Shown here in pieces: positions 1 through 11,274 of a stretch of 62,837 nt of DNA. Positions within the stretch are counted from its first letter, which is position 1, and each line of letters starts with the position of its first letter. A program made the position numbers and the translations under genes. Location of the stretch: assembly GCA_002269645.1 (NCBI GenBank), contig NIVC01004048.1, positions 1-62,837 of the forward strand, in the 5' to 3' direction. The notes under the pieces were generated by a model that searched no databases, had not been told where the DNA came from, and saw only the letters and a program-made list of their open reading frames with translations. This DNA comes from Macrostomum lignano. Lineage: Eukaryota.

Positions 1-630
1 CACAGCTATTTATAGAGAATTAATGGCAGGCCTCTCAGAGTCTGCGAGCCCACGCCAGCACCACGCCAGCTCTCCGACACGCTCTCTCAGAGATTCAATT
101 TTACCGCGTCTTGAGCTCGAAAACATCTGCGGTTTTCAACCGGGGCCGGCCGCAGGAGCAGCAATCTGAAGCCGAGGCCAGGAGCCGCTCTCTCGGGCGG
201 GCCACGCCACGCCATGCACTTTATTAAACCGAGAGAACCCAGGGTCAACTCTGCTCGAAGCTCTGTAAAGCTCTATTCAATACTAGAAGCAATACTCGCG
301 GCTGAGCGGAGGTGCTCTGCCGGGCCTGGCCATCAATCACCCAATCACGCCACTGCACTGGAAATCAGAAGAACAAAATACAAGGCAAACAGGGACAGCC
401 GCGTAGCCAACTGTGAGTAATGTGGAGAATCCAAGAATTTATCACCCCAATATAACATTGCTGCAGAGGGCAAGAGGAGCACCGTGTGGGGCTGTAAACA
501 ACTTCTACAGTCATGTGACTGCATGGCGAGTGTATTAAGCGCTTGCCTGACTGTGTGCAGACGTGATTTACAGAATTGAGGATCTTCTAATGATTATTTA
601 GATAGCTTTGAGAGCTCCATATTTGAGACT

Positions 631-1212
631 TGAAATCTTACCTTCGAGGTCTGGATATCTCACATTTGATATCTAAAAATCTCACCTTTGAGATCTGGAT
701 ATTTTACCTTTAAGTCAAGAAATCCCACCTTCGAGGTCTGGAAATCTCAAATTTGAGATCAGGAAAAAATCTCACCTTGAGGTCAGTCTGGAAATCTCAC
801 CTTTGAGGTCTGGAAATCTCACCTTTGAGATCTGGAAATCTCGCATTTGATATCTAAAAATCTCACCTTTGAGATCTGGAAATCCCTTTTGAGGTCTGGA
901 TATTTCACCTTTAAGTCAAGAAATCACACCTTTGAGGTCTGGAAATCTCAAATTTGAGATCAGGAAAAAATCTCACTTTGAGGTCTAGAAATCTCAGCTT
1001 TGAGATCTGGAAATCTTACTTTTGAAGTCTGGAAATTTCACCTTTAAGTCAAGAAATCCCACCTTTGAGGTCTGGAAATCTCAAATTTGAGATCCGGAAA
1101 TCTCACCTTGAGGTCTGGAAATCTCAACTTGAGGTCTGGAAATCTCATCTTGAGGTCTGGAAATTTCATCTCGAGATCTGAAAGTCTCACCTTTGAGGAC
1201 TGAAAATCTCAC
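631..1212. repeat. Minisatellite, ~22-bp unit (GAAATCTCACCTTTGAGGTCTG), degenerate
   Basis: Unit directly visible and repeated about 25 times with variants. Confidence 0.9.
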
Positions 1213-1672
1213 CAACGTGGTCCCGAGACCCCGTATTAAACGTTAAAGGACTCTATTACCGGAATTAACCTTCGAACTTCAACCAAAATTTTACAAGGTT
1301 GACAAACGTAAAAAGATGGAGCAAAAACGTTCTGCCGCACACGCCAATCTTGTATACCAGTCACAAGCAGACAGCGGAGCGAAGCCCGTTCATTACAAGA
1401 GAAAAGAACAACAAACCGTGGCTGCCATAAAGCAGCAGACAGCGGCTCCACTCTCTCCCAGCCGCCCTTCCTCATATTTCACTGCACCAGCTGACCAGCC
1501 GAGTAATTATATTACGAAGTAGCACCAGGGCTAGTGGCAAGACAGCTCAAGGAGATCTATATACTCGTAGATTCTAACTCTGGAGCGGAAGCTGATTGAT
1601 TGGCCGAAGCCTGCTCTTTCAACTTGATTGAGCTGGCCCCAGATATTAAGTTGACAACAAAGATATTAAGTT

Positions 1673-2149
1673 GCCAGAGGGCGGCGCTGTTCCAGGCGGT
1701 GATCGAGACCGTCCTGTTATACAACGCCGAGACCTGGACGCTGACAGACTCGCTCGAGGCTCAAGTCGACGCGGCGCACGCTGGCCTGCTGCGCGCCGCC
1801 TTCAAGATCGGCAACGAGCGAGTCACCAACACGGCGCTCTATCATCGCGCCGGCCTGGCCCGTCCTAGCGATCTGCTGCGCCGTCGGCGACTCCAGCTGG
1901 CAGGCCACGTCATCCGCGCCGAGGCCTTCTGTCCGGAGCCGGTGCAGGAGGTGCTGCTACTTACGTTGCAGGCACCCTACCGGCGGGGACAGGCGAAGAC
2001 TCGGCGCTACGTCGACTGTCTGCTGGCTGACGCCGGCGCCCCGGACTCTGCCGGCGGTGCGGCTTTTGTTCGCGCCCAAGCTTTGAAGCGCGCCATCTGA
2101 CGCCGCTTTTGTGAACTGGCAGCGTACTCTGTTGTTGTTGTTGTTGTTG
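1673..2149 (+). mobile_element. 5'-truncated RTE-like non-LTR retrotransposon (3' end of RT ORF, 3' UTR and (GTT)n tail)
   Basis: Encodes QRAALFQAVIETVLLYNAETWTLT..., typical of the C-terminal part of RTE-clade RTs. Closely similar to 32587-33097. Ends in (GTT)n. GTTGACAACAAAGA is repeated at 1650-1663 and 2146-2159 (TSD overlapping the tail). Confidence 0.88.
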
Positions 2150-2928
2150 ACAACAAAGAGATCATATTGAATTGAGTATTTCAGAGCGCTAGTCCTCGCT
2201 TAACTAAAAGTAAGCGCCGTAACTTTCCAAGAAAGCAAGCATGGCACCAAGAACTATTAAGATCCTACAAGTTTCCTCTCCAGAACACTGTAACAAGAAC
2301 TTCATGACCAGGCCGTTATGTACACGCAAGCTGGCATTCCACACTGCAGCCGCAGAGGCTCCGATCTCCCTGCCAGATTCTCCAGCAGGCCAAAGCAGAA
2401 AAGTTCCCCAGGCCAAGCAAATCGTCAATTGGCGGGGGCCGCAGCAGCGGTGGCGCGGACGGGGCCGATCGAAATGTCGTTCGTTCGCCGCCATCCATTC
2501 GAAATCCCATCCGGCCTTTCGTCTCCCTTCCTCCCTGCTTGCCCGGCAGTCGGCAATTGTTCCTCTTTGCGCACAGCAGCGCGAAAACAGCCTTCAGTCT
2601 GGAACTGCACTTTTCCCTCTTGATGGGGCGGGGGGACTCTTTTTGCTTTAGATGACTGTGGAGCGCCATGCGTGGCGAATTCCTCCCTAGTTCAGCAGCG
2701 CAATGGAGTGAGCACGCAGTTTAAGTTTCAAATGTTTCAATGGTTTGTTGAAAATCACTTTAGAGCTCCATTTTCTCATATTGATTGTCAAAACCAATAC
2801 TCTAACTATCTTGTTTCATTTTAATACCCCATATCTCATTATTCACCAGCAAAACGGGTACTTTATCACGAAGTCAAATAGAGAACTTCAAACAAGACGC
2901 CACCATCTTCATCGTATATTTCATCCGG

Positions 2929-4677
2929 AATTTTTTTACATCTCGGCAGTGCACAACTCCCGGCGAAATGCTAAGCGATTGGGCCGGATCAGAAGGCAGT
3001 TCCGGTGTGATTGAATCTGATCATAAGGCAGTTCCGGTGTGACTGAACCGGATCATAAGGCAGTTCCGGTGTGACTGAACCGGATCATAAGGCAGTTCCG
3101 GTGTGACTGAACCGGATCATAAGGCAGTTCCGGTGTGACTGAATCGGATCATAAGGCATTTCCGGTGTGACTGAATCGGATCATAAGGCATTTCCGGTGT
3201 GACTGAATCGGATCATAAGGCATTTCCAGTGTGACTGAATCGGATCATAAGGCATTTCCGGAGATGTTGAATCTGATCATAAAGGTAGTTCCGGTGTGCT
3301 TGAATTGGATCATAAGACAGTTCCGGTGTGATTGAACCGGATCATAAGGCATTTCCGGTGTGACTGAATCGGATCATAAGGCATTTCCGGTGTGATTGAA
3401 TCGGATCATAAGGCAGTTCCGGTGTGATTGAACCGGATCAGAATGCAGTTCTGGTGTGATTAAATCGGATCATAAGGCAGTTCCGGAGATGTTGAATCTG
3501 ATCATAAAGGAAGTTCCGGTGTGCTTGAATTGGATCATAAGACAGTTCCGGTGTGATTGAACCGGATCATAAGGCATTTCCGGTGTGACTGAATCGGATC
3601 ATACGGCATTTCCGGTGTGATTGAATCGGATCATAAGGCAGTTCCGGTGTGACTGAATCGGATCATAAGGCATTTCTGGTGTGATTAAATCGGATCATAA
3701 GGCAGTTCCGGAGATGTTGAATCTGATCATAAAGGAAGTTCCGGTGTGCTTGAATTGGATCATAAGGCAGTTCCGGTGTGATTGAACCGGATCAGAAGGC
3801 ATTTCCGGTGTGATTAAATCGGATCATAAGGCAGTTCCGGAGATGTTGAATCTGATCATAAGGCAGTTCTGGTGTGATTGAATCGGACCATAAGGCGTTT
3901 CCGGTGACTGGACCTGGACCAGAAGGCAGGTCTCATGATGAGTCATCATGGGTAAGACATGGGTAAGACATACAAAAGGGTTTAAAATAATTGATTAATT
4001 AAGCAGACAGCAAAGCTGGCGGCATCCGATAATGATCAAGGGATGCGATAAAACCGATTATATTATAGCCAAACTATAATTTTTTTACATCTCGGCAGTG
4101 CACAACTCCCGGCGAAATGCTAAGCGATTGGGCCGGATCAGAAGGCAGTTCCGGTGTGATTGAATCTGATCATAAGGCATTTCCGGTGTGACTGAACCGG
4201 ATCATAAGGCAGTTCCGGTGTGACTGAACCGGATCATAAGGCAGTTCCGGTGTGACTGAACCGGATCATAAGGCAGTTCCGGTGTGACTGAATCGGATCA
4301 TAAGGCATTTCCGGTGTGACTGAATCGGATCATAAGGCATTTCCGGTGTGATTGAATCGGATCATAAGGCAGTTCCGGTGTGACTGAATCGGATCATAAG
4401 GCATTTCTGGTGTGATTAAATCGGATCATAAGGCAGTTCCGGAGATGTTGAATCTGATCATAAGGCAGTTCTGGTGTGATTGAATCGGACCATAAGGCGT
4501 TTCCGGTGACTGGACCTGGACCAGAAGGCAGGTCTCATGATGAGTCATCATGGGTAAGACATGGGTAAGACATACAAAAGGGTTTAAAATAATTGATTAA
4601 TTAAGCAGACAGCAAAGCTGACGGCATCCGATAATGATCAAGGGATGCGATAAAACCGATTATATTATAGCCAAACT
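2929..4677. repeat. 32-bp minisatellite (GGCAGTTCCGGTGTGACTGAACCGGATCATAA) inside a higher-order tandem duplication
   Basis: Arrays at ~2995-3910 and ~4143-4512. The same 5' flank (TTTTTTACATCTCGGCAGTGCACAAC...) and 3' flank (GACTGGACCTGGACC...GCCAAACTA) bracket both arrays. Confidence 0.92.
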
Positions 4678-4778
4678 AGCAATGCAACGGGCACGGTAAA
4701 TGCACGCACAGAATGGGCCAGATGGACTATCATATACTACTCATATTAACATAGTTCTTATGCACTGCTATCAGCCCG

Positions 4779-7409
4779 TCAGTCCTGCTCCGCATCCTCC
4801 TTCTGGCCGATGGCCCGGTCGGCGAAGCGCAGCCGCAGCACGAAGTTGCCGCCGCGCTCCTGCTGGCCGAGGCCGACCAGCTCGCGGTTGTTGGCCAGCA
4901 CCAGCGCCTCTGTGGACAGCATCGCGTTCGGCCACTGCGCCATGCCGCCCGAGGACTTGTCGGTCGCTCTGGCGTTGCTGAACCGCAGCGTTGAAGTTGG
5001 CAGCGGGCATTTGGCCTCGTCGAACACTCGGCGAAGCTGGTGCTCCTGGTAATAAAAGTGCGCGAAAAATACTGTTAGTAGGCTGAATTGCGTTTTCTTT
5101 CGATAAATGAAAAAATACAAAAAAACGGATTCGAAGTAATTACTATCAGATTGGAGACAACATGTATGATGAATGGATGCGGCATTTTTTAATAGCCATA
5201 GTTAGTTTGCGTCATGCATTTTGAGTCATAAGCAGTCTGGGTGAGTCATAAAGTCACCTGAATCTGAAAACTCACCTGAATCCCGGGCGGGCAGTTCCAA
5301 TAGTAGAGGGTGCGGAACGGTGGCGCCGGCTTGTTGCTGGCCGCCTGCCTCGGAGTGGTGAACCGATTGTTGGCGCAGTCCGAGTAGTCAACGAACCCGG
5401 GACTCTTGTCTGGCAGGGCCCGGTCCAGCGCCACTCCGTGCGGCGCCGAGTCCTTGGTCAGCCTGGCCAGCGGCGTCGGTGACACCCGAAGGCAGCTACC
5501 GAACATCCTGGCGCCGTCCAGGCAGCTGCCGACCCGGCAGGCTGAGGCAACGTCGCCAACTTCAACGTAGGCGCCAATCAGCGGACCGGGGGGAGGCGGC
5601 GGCTGTCCGGGTGGCAGCTGCTGGCCCGGCGGCCGGCTCAGCAGGCAGATGCCGATCACGTTGCCGTACAGGCAGATGAGGTTGAACAGCCGGTCGCAGG
5701 TGAACACGCCGGAGTCCAGGCCGGAGAGCAGCAGCACGGGAGTGACGCGGTGGGGCGGCCCGGGCTCCTGCTGAATGCTCGGGTCGCGGGTGAAGTCGAA
5801 GGCGTCCGGGGTGTTGCGGACTATCGTGAGCTCGGGGGGCAGCGCGAAGTCCACCTGGTGTTGCGGGGGTCGGGATGGTTTTACTTCAGCAGTAATTAAT
5901 CTGGACGGGTGAGAATGGATATCTTAGGTGAGAAAAGACATCCTAGATAGGTGAGAATTGACATCCTAGACAGGGGAGAATAGACATTCTATACAGGTGA
6001 GAATAGACATCCTAGACAGGTGAGAATAGACATCATAAACGCGGGTGAGAATATATAACATAGACAGGTGAGAATCGAAATTCTATACAGGTGAGAAGAC
6101 ACCCTAAACAGGTGAGAATAGACATCCCAGACAGGTGAGAATGGATAGCATAGACAGGTGAGACTGGACATCCTAGAGTTTAGAATAGACATCCCAGACA
6201 GGTGAGAATAGACATCCTAGACAGTTTAGAATGGGCATTTAAGACAGGTGAGAATAGACATTAAAAATAAGTGGGAAGGAATCCCAAATGCCAAGACCCA
6301 GGGGCTGAAATAACTGCCTCACCTTAACAGTACAGCAGCCGTCAAAGAAGTCCAGCCCATTTAGCCTGGCCTTGGCGGTCACCGCCTGTTCAATGTGAGC
6401 GAATTCAACCATAGCATGCAGCTGGCAACTCGGGCCCTTGCGAAACATCACAGCCCGGCACACCTGGCCAAACCGTGAGCAGGCGGCGTGCAGCATCTCC
6501 ATGCTGACTGGCAGGCTGGGCTCGGCCCTGTAGAACACCAGCAGCAGCACCCGGTTGGGAGCCGGGAAGCCGTCGCCGCGGTGCATGATGCGGATAATGG
6601 ACGACTCGACTACGTGGATGCCGCCAAGAGCGCCCGACCTGCGGGCGGGACGAGAGGGAAATATTGATGAGGGAAGGGGAAGAAATCACTTCCATGGGAA
6701 GACTGGGAGAGGAAGACGGGAAGAGGAAGACGGGGAAAGGGAGACTGGAAGAGGGAGATGGGAAGAGGGAGAGGGAAACGGGGAGAGGGAGACGGGGAGA
6801 GGGAGACGGGGAGAGGGAGACTGGAAGAGGGAGATGGGAGACGGGGAGAGGGAGACTGGAAGAGGGAGATGGGAGACGGGGAGAGGGAGACTGGAAGAGG
6901 GAGATGGGAGACGGGGAGAGGGAGACTGGAAGAGGGAGATGGGAAGAGGGAGACTGGAAGAGGGAGAAAAGGACGAGATGGAGCCCAAACACACAAGGTA
7001 AGCACCGCAGGCCCTCCAAAGCAGCCGGTGCCAGAGCTCACTTTGCCAGCTCGAAAGTCCTAGCAACGGATCTCTGCTCCTGGAATTCAACGAGGGCCCG
7101 CCGTTTATGCGGCATCGTCCAGATTCGGCTGATTCGGCCGATGCGGCCGAACGCCTCGGACAGGTCGGCCTCGGAGACGTTCGCGGGAAGGTCGCGGGCC
7201 ATCACCACCAAGGAGGACCGCTCTGAGCCCGGCCGCTGGTGCTGGGCCCGGAACTCCTCAGAGCGGCCCGCCGGGTCCGGCCGGTAGTGGTCACCGTACG
7301 GCACTCGGGCAGCGGGCCGGCCTCCGCGGCCGCCGCGACCTCTTGGGCCGCCTCTGGGCGGGCCGCCGCGAGACCCGCCGCCTCTGAAAGGAGCGCCGCG
7401 ACTTGCCAT
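4779..7409 (-). CDS. HNRNPL: hnRNP L / hnRNP LL-like RNA-binding protein with 4 RRMs and an RGG-rich N-terminus; 4 coding exons
   Basis: Exons 7409-7042 (alternative ATG at 7463), 6638-6323, 5854-5276 and 5045-4779, all GT-AG and phase-compatible (AA|G TCG; AAG|GTG; CAG|GAG). Motifs: NRVLLLVF, HAMVEF, LNGLDFFDGCCTVK|VDFA (cf. LNGADIYSGCCTLKIEYA), CDRLFNLICLYGNV, NNRFTTPRQAASN, FVLRLRFA. Confidence 0.9.
5905..6262. repeat. 23-bp intronic minisatellite (GTGAGAATAGACATCCTAGACAG) in hnRNP L intron 2
   Basis: About 15 degenerate units visible. Confidence 0.88.
6700..6975. repeat. Purine-rich low-complexity repeat (GGGAGA-based) in hnRNP L intron 1; pyrimidine-rich on the sense strand
   Basis: Directly visible; produces the spurious GE/PS-rich ORFs. 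Confidence 0.88.
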
Positions 7410-8127
7410 GGTTGAAGGCGAGTGCGCGGGGGTGGGCCAGTTAGACAATGGCAACTCTGTCATGGCTAAGGTGGCTGCAAACCCTCCCTGATGCTTCAGA
7501 TAGCTGGTGACTTCTCAGAAGTTACTAATAAGACTTCTTAACAAGCTTCAAAAAATAAAAGAAGCACGAACAAAAGAACCATTAAAGTTGTTCATTAGAA
7601 TACTTTATCTTAATCCGCATTGCAATCAGAGGCAAATTTACCTCCAGTCTACTAAAATAGTAGTAGTTGAGTAGGGTCCGCATACACACGAATGAGCCAT
7701 ATCAAAGGTTTTGGCAGCGAGAGCATAACGCAGTGAGCAACAACTGTCATTCTGTTAATTACGGCACCAAAATAATTAATTAAAGGCCACGAACATGATT
7801 AATTAAAAGCCTCAGTTAATGACAACCGGAAAACAAATACAGATAGCAATAGATTATATAATTCTTATACAATAGATTATTGATACTAATATGACCGTCA
7901 AACGTTATTCTCGACTAGATCCCGTGTTGCATTGATCTTAAAACTATAAAGGACCATTAAAAAGCAATGCGATAACAATTAATTCTACTTTAACCTTTTT
8001 GTTTCTAATGAACTCTTTCACTTTCTTTAGACAATAAAACTGGAAATCAACGGCATCTTTGGCAGCAAAAAAAGTACAAAGTCCCTGTAGAATGAGAAGG
8101 TTTAAAAAGGGTTCTATGAATTGACAT

Positions 8128-9177
8128 TCAACTGTCCTTCTTGGCCAGCGGCCGCTTTGCCTTGCGACCGCCGCTAGCCGTGGTGGTGGCGGCAGCCGCA
8201 GCGGCCGCAGGGTAGGCGGTGCGAATGTAGAACCGGACAATCAGGCAGGCCACGGCCGAGCTGACGCCCATCAGGTTCGGCAGCTGCAAACGGCAGGATG
8301 GGGCTGCTGGTTTAATTTAGAAAATTTAACTTACCTGGCTACCAATCTGCCTGTGGTAAAAAGTCGTCAAAAATTCAGTTCGAGCAGGCAAACAGACAGA
8401 CAGGGAAATAGACAGACAGAAGACAGACAGACAAACGACAGGACAGACAGACAGAGAGACAGACAGGCAAATAGACAAGCAGACAGACAGACAAGCAGAC
8501 AGGCAAACAGACAGACAGACAGACAAGCAGACAGGCAAACAGAGAAGCAGATAAGCAGACAGACAGACAGACAGGCAAACAGACAGGCAAACAGACAGGA
8601 AACTCACCACCACATTGAAGTCGCCAATGGCCTGTCCATAGAGACTCCACAGGCCGCTGCAGAGGGCGCCGGCCAGCAGGATCGGCAGATGGGTGCCGCC
8701 GGCGTCGCGGCTGGCCAGCATGCGGCCGATGTCCAGCAGCGGCAGCAGCATGAAGACGGTGTTCACCAGGCTGCAGCTGGCACCGAGATGGCGCACGAAC
8801 TCATCGTGGCTAGACAGCCAGTACAGGTGATAATACAGGGCTGAGAAATAGGCCAGCAGGGCCGTGAACTTGTAGCTGAAGCTGGTCTGCGGAAAATTAT
8901 TCAGTTAAATATTGACCACTATACTTGAAGTAGGCATGGCGGACTGTATGGCGAAATGACAGTATCGACGTTCAGTGTGCAGGTGGCTCCTCAGGTTGGG
9001 GCAACAGTGGGAACTCAGCCAGCCAAGTGTAGACGGCAAGTAAATAATAATAATTGATTACACCTGCCCGAATGGCCAGATGTGCAGCCGACAGCTCAGC
9101 CGCAGCTATTGCGCGGCACATCTGAAGGCGGCGTACGGCTGTTCAGTCCAAGGACTGGGGGTCGCCACATACACACA

Positions 9178-9220
<43 letters not shown>

Positions 9221-9756
9221 CCAATGCTGGCACCCATTTTACAGCTGGGTGAACTGAAGCAACGCAGAGTCAAGCGTCTTGCTCAAGGCCACAAATTGTT
9301 CCGAGTGGGGCGAGATTCGAACCCCCGACCTATCAGTCGTGAGTCCGACACTCTAACCACTAGGCTACAACCCCTGCCAGACAGCAAGGCATGGCCAGTG
9401 AATATCCTACAAGACCCAAGCTTTTTATGCCTGGTATGCCTGTGCATCAAAACGAAGTGCAGAGTGGAAACTCACCCAATCAGGGCTGTAAATCAGGTAC
9501 AGAATCACATAAGCCGAATTCAATGCCAAACCAATTCCATTTAAAGTTATAAGATTGAAGTTCCCAATTAAAGAGCCATAATGCAGCCAGCCAAGGCCAC
9601 TGAAAGTGAAACCATATATAGTAATTTTTTATTAAGTAGATTATTAATACAGAGCCATAATTATGAGTAGCAACTCACTTGGCAATTGAAAACAGAAAGA
9701 AAAGCACAGGAGCATTTGATGCGTCTTTAGTCTTGTAAACATGGTAGCTGGATGGC
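8128..9756 (-). CDS. SLC50A1: SWEET / SLC50A1-like sugar transporter (MtN3/saliva repeats); first exon (TM1) not confidently located
   Basis: Exons 9756-9679 (PSSYHVYKTKDASNAPVLFFLFSIAN), 9599-9476 (GLGWLHYGSLIGNFNLITLNGIGLALNSAYVILYLIYSPDW), 8886-8608 (...HLGASCSLVNTVFMLLPL...LWSLYGQAIGDFNVV) and 8283-8128 (LPNLMGV...KKDS*). Junctions are GT-AG and in phase. The 78- and 124-nt exon sizes match what I recall for human SLC50A1 exons 2 and 3. Confidence 0.88.
8386..8598. repeat. (CAGA)n-type microsatellite in a SWEET intron
   Basis: Directly visible. Confidence 0.95.
9041..9378 (-). mobile_element. tRNA-derived CORE-type SINE, copy 1, containing an internal (CA)n tract
   Basis: On the minus strand: A box TAGCCTAGTGG, B box GGTTCGAATC, a MIR/CORE-like segment (GGCCTTGAGCAAGAC...CAGCTGTAAAATGGGT) and a (TTA)n tail. 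Imperfect TSD AGAC(G/A)GCAAG at 9031-9040 and 9379-9388. Homologous to copies at ~19.4 kb and ~60.6 kb. Confidence 0.88.
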
Positions 9757-11274
9757 CTAAAATGATTTAGGATTTTTGCCAGAAGTTTTAGTTTCAATTC
9801 AATAAAATGACTCACATATGTCATTAATTTTAGCTAAACCTCCCTTGAACAAAGTATAATAGTTTGACTATAAAATGAACTCTCTATTGAAAAAAAATAA
9901 TAAAAATCTAAATGTTTTATTTTGTGGCATCCTTACCTTCGAAGCCCATTTTATATACCAAGTTTATTCTAAGATTACAATATTTTAAGTCTTTAACAGC
10001 CTTGATTTACATATGATGTTTGAAAGCCAAAAGGTTTGACAGCATTTTTTTAAAGACACAAGTAGTTAAGGATAGAAGCTAATGATTCTCAAGGGCCTAA
10101 GATTTAGCCTGCTAATAATTTTAAACAATGGCTGTGAAATAATACTAGGAATAGCCTTTAAGCCTTAGCTCTCATTGACTAGTCCTATATGTCATATTAA
10201 AAATCTGATTTGCTTATTGATTCTCTAACTTAAAATATGACCTTGTAATTAGTAATGTATATGTTTTTTTTCAGTAGATGGCCTTGGGTGATGAAGCCCT
10301 ATCCCAGACGATGGTGTCTAGGACACCAGTTTGTCCAGACAAACTTAACTAAATGCACTGGGTGCTGGTAGACTCGTCAACTTTTTATTCATCAACTGGT
10401 AATGTGCAAACGTATATTCAATTAGTATTCAATTACCTAAGCTCCTTTGTGCCACTGATCTGAGCACCCACAAAGTCCACTATTAAAAAGTGAGGAATTT
10501 ATTTTTCAAATATATTCAATATAATTTGATAAACTATACAAATTAAACAATGTTTCCACTAAAAAGAACGCATAGATTTTATACGTCATACGTTTCACAA
10601 AGGTGAATCAAAAAAGCACAGCAGTTCCACAAGAAAAATTTAGGTCAACAAATCCGTAACAAATTATAAATAGTAAAAGCGAAAATATTGGGCAACAAAT
10701 CAAAGGCCACAAACACTGAATGCTAAGCAAAATGCATAAAAAAGTTGCAAGAAGATGTACATCCTAAACAAATGCTATAAAAATCATTCTCTCAAGTCAT
10801 TGAAAGCGTCAATGCGGCAAAGGCCATCTACTGATTATGCTGCTTAGGTTTGCCAAACTTAGGCACATGACCAAGGCGCGAGAACTCCAGCAGAAATTCG
10901 CTGAGTACCAGACTGCGTGGCATTCTGGTACTGCTGCCACAGATCGTTGGTTTGCACTTGGAGACGCCTGTATTTAGGTCTGTGCTGGCGCTGCACACAT
11001 CCCCGTAGAACAAGCGAAGTGTGCACTGGCACCAGAAGGGCCTCGTCATTCAAGCGCTCCAGCAGGCAGTACAGACACAGCTTGCATTTCTCTTTAGACG
11101 GTTATGCCAGCCTTCAACCTTGTCATTCATCCGAATAGCCTGGTTGAAGATGCTGATCTCCTCCCTGCGGTGCAGTGGACTGTTTAGTCAGGTGCTGTCA
11201 ACGTACTCGGCCAAGTCCAGCAGTTGTGCATGAGTGACACCGTCTACAACCTTGCTGAAGCCGGCTTCCATGTG

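Noticed and set aside
2204-2669. Overlapping ORFs of 61-136 aa
   Set aside because: No recognisable domain or consistent splice pattern.
2995-4512. CRISPR-like array (32-bp partly palindromic repeats)
   Set aside because: Units are contiguous with no unique spacers, no cas genes are present, and the context is eukaryotic.
6555-7090. GE-rich and PS-rich ORFs
   Set aside because: Low-complexity sequence of hnRNP L intron 1.
9171-9218. (CA)n as an hnRNP L target linking the neighbouring genes
   Set aside because: On the transcribed SWEET strand it reads (UG)n, and it is part of a SINE.
9300-9378. Genuine tRNA genes (also ~19620-19696 and ~60800-60871)
   Set aside because: These are SINE heads fused to a CORE-like body and tail, with no complete cloverleaf evident.
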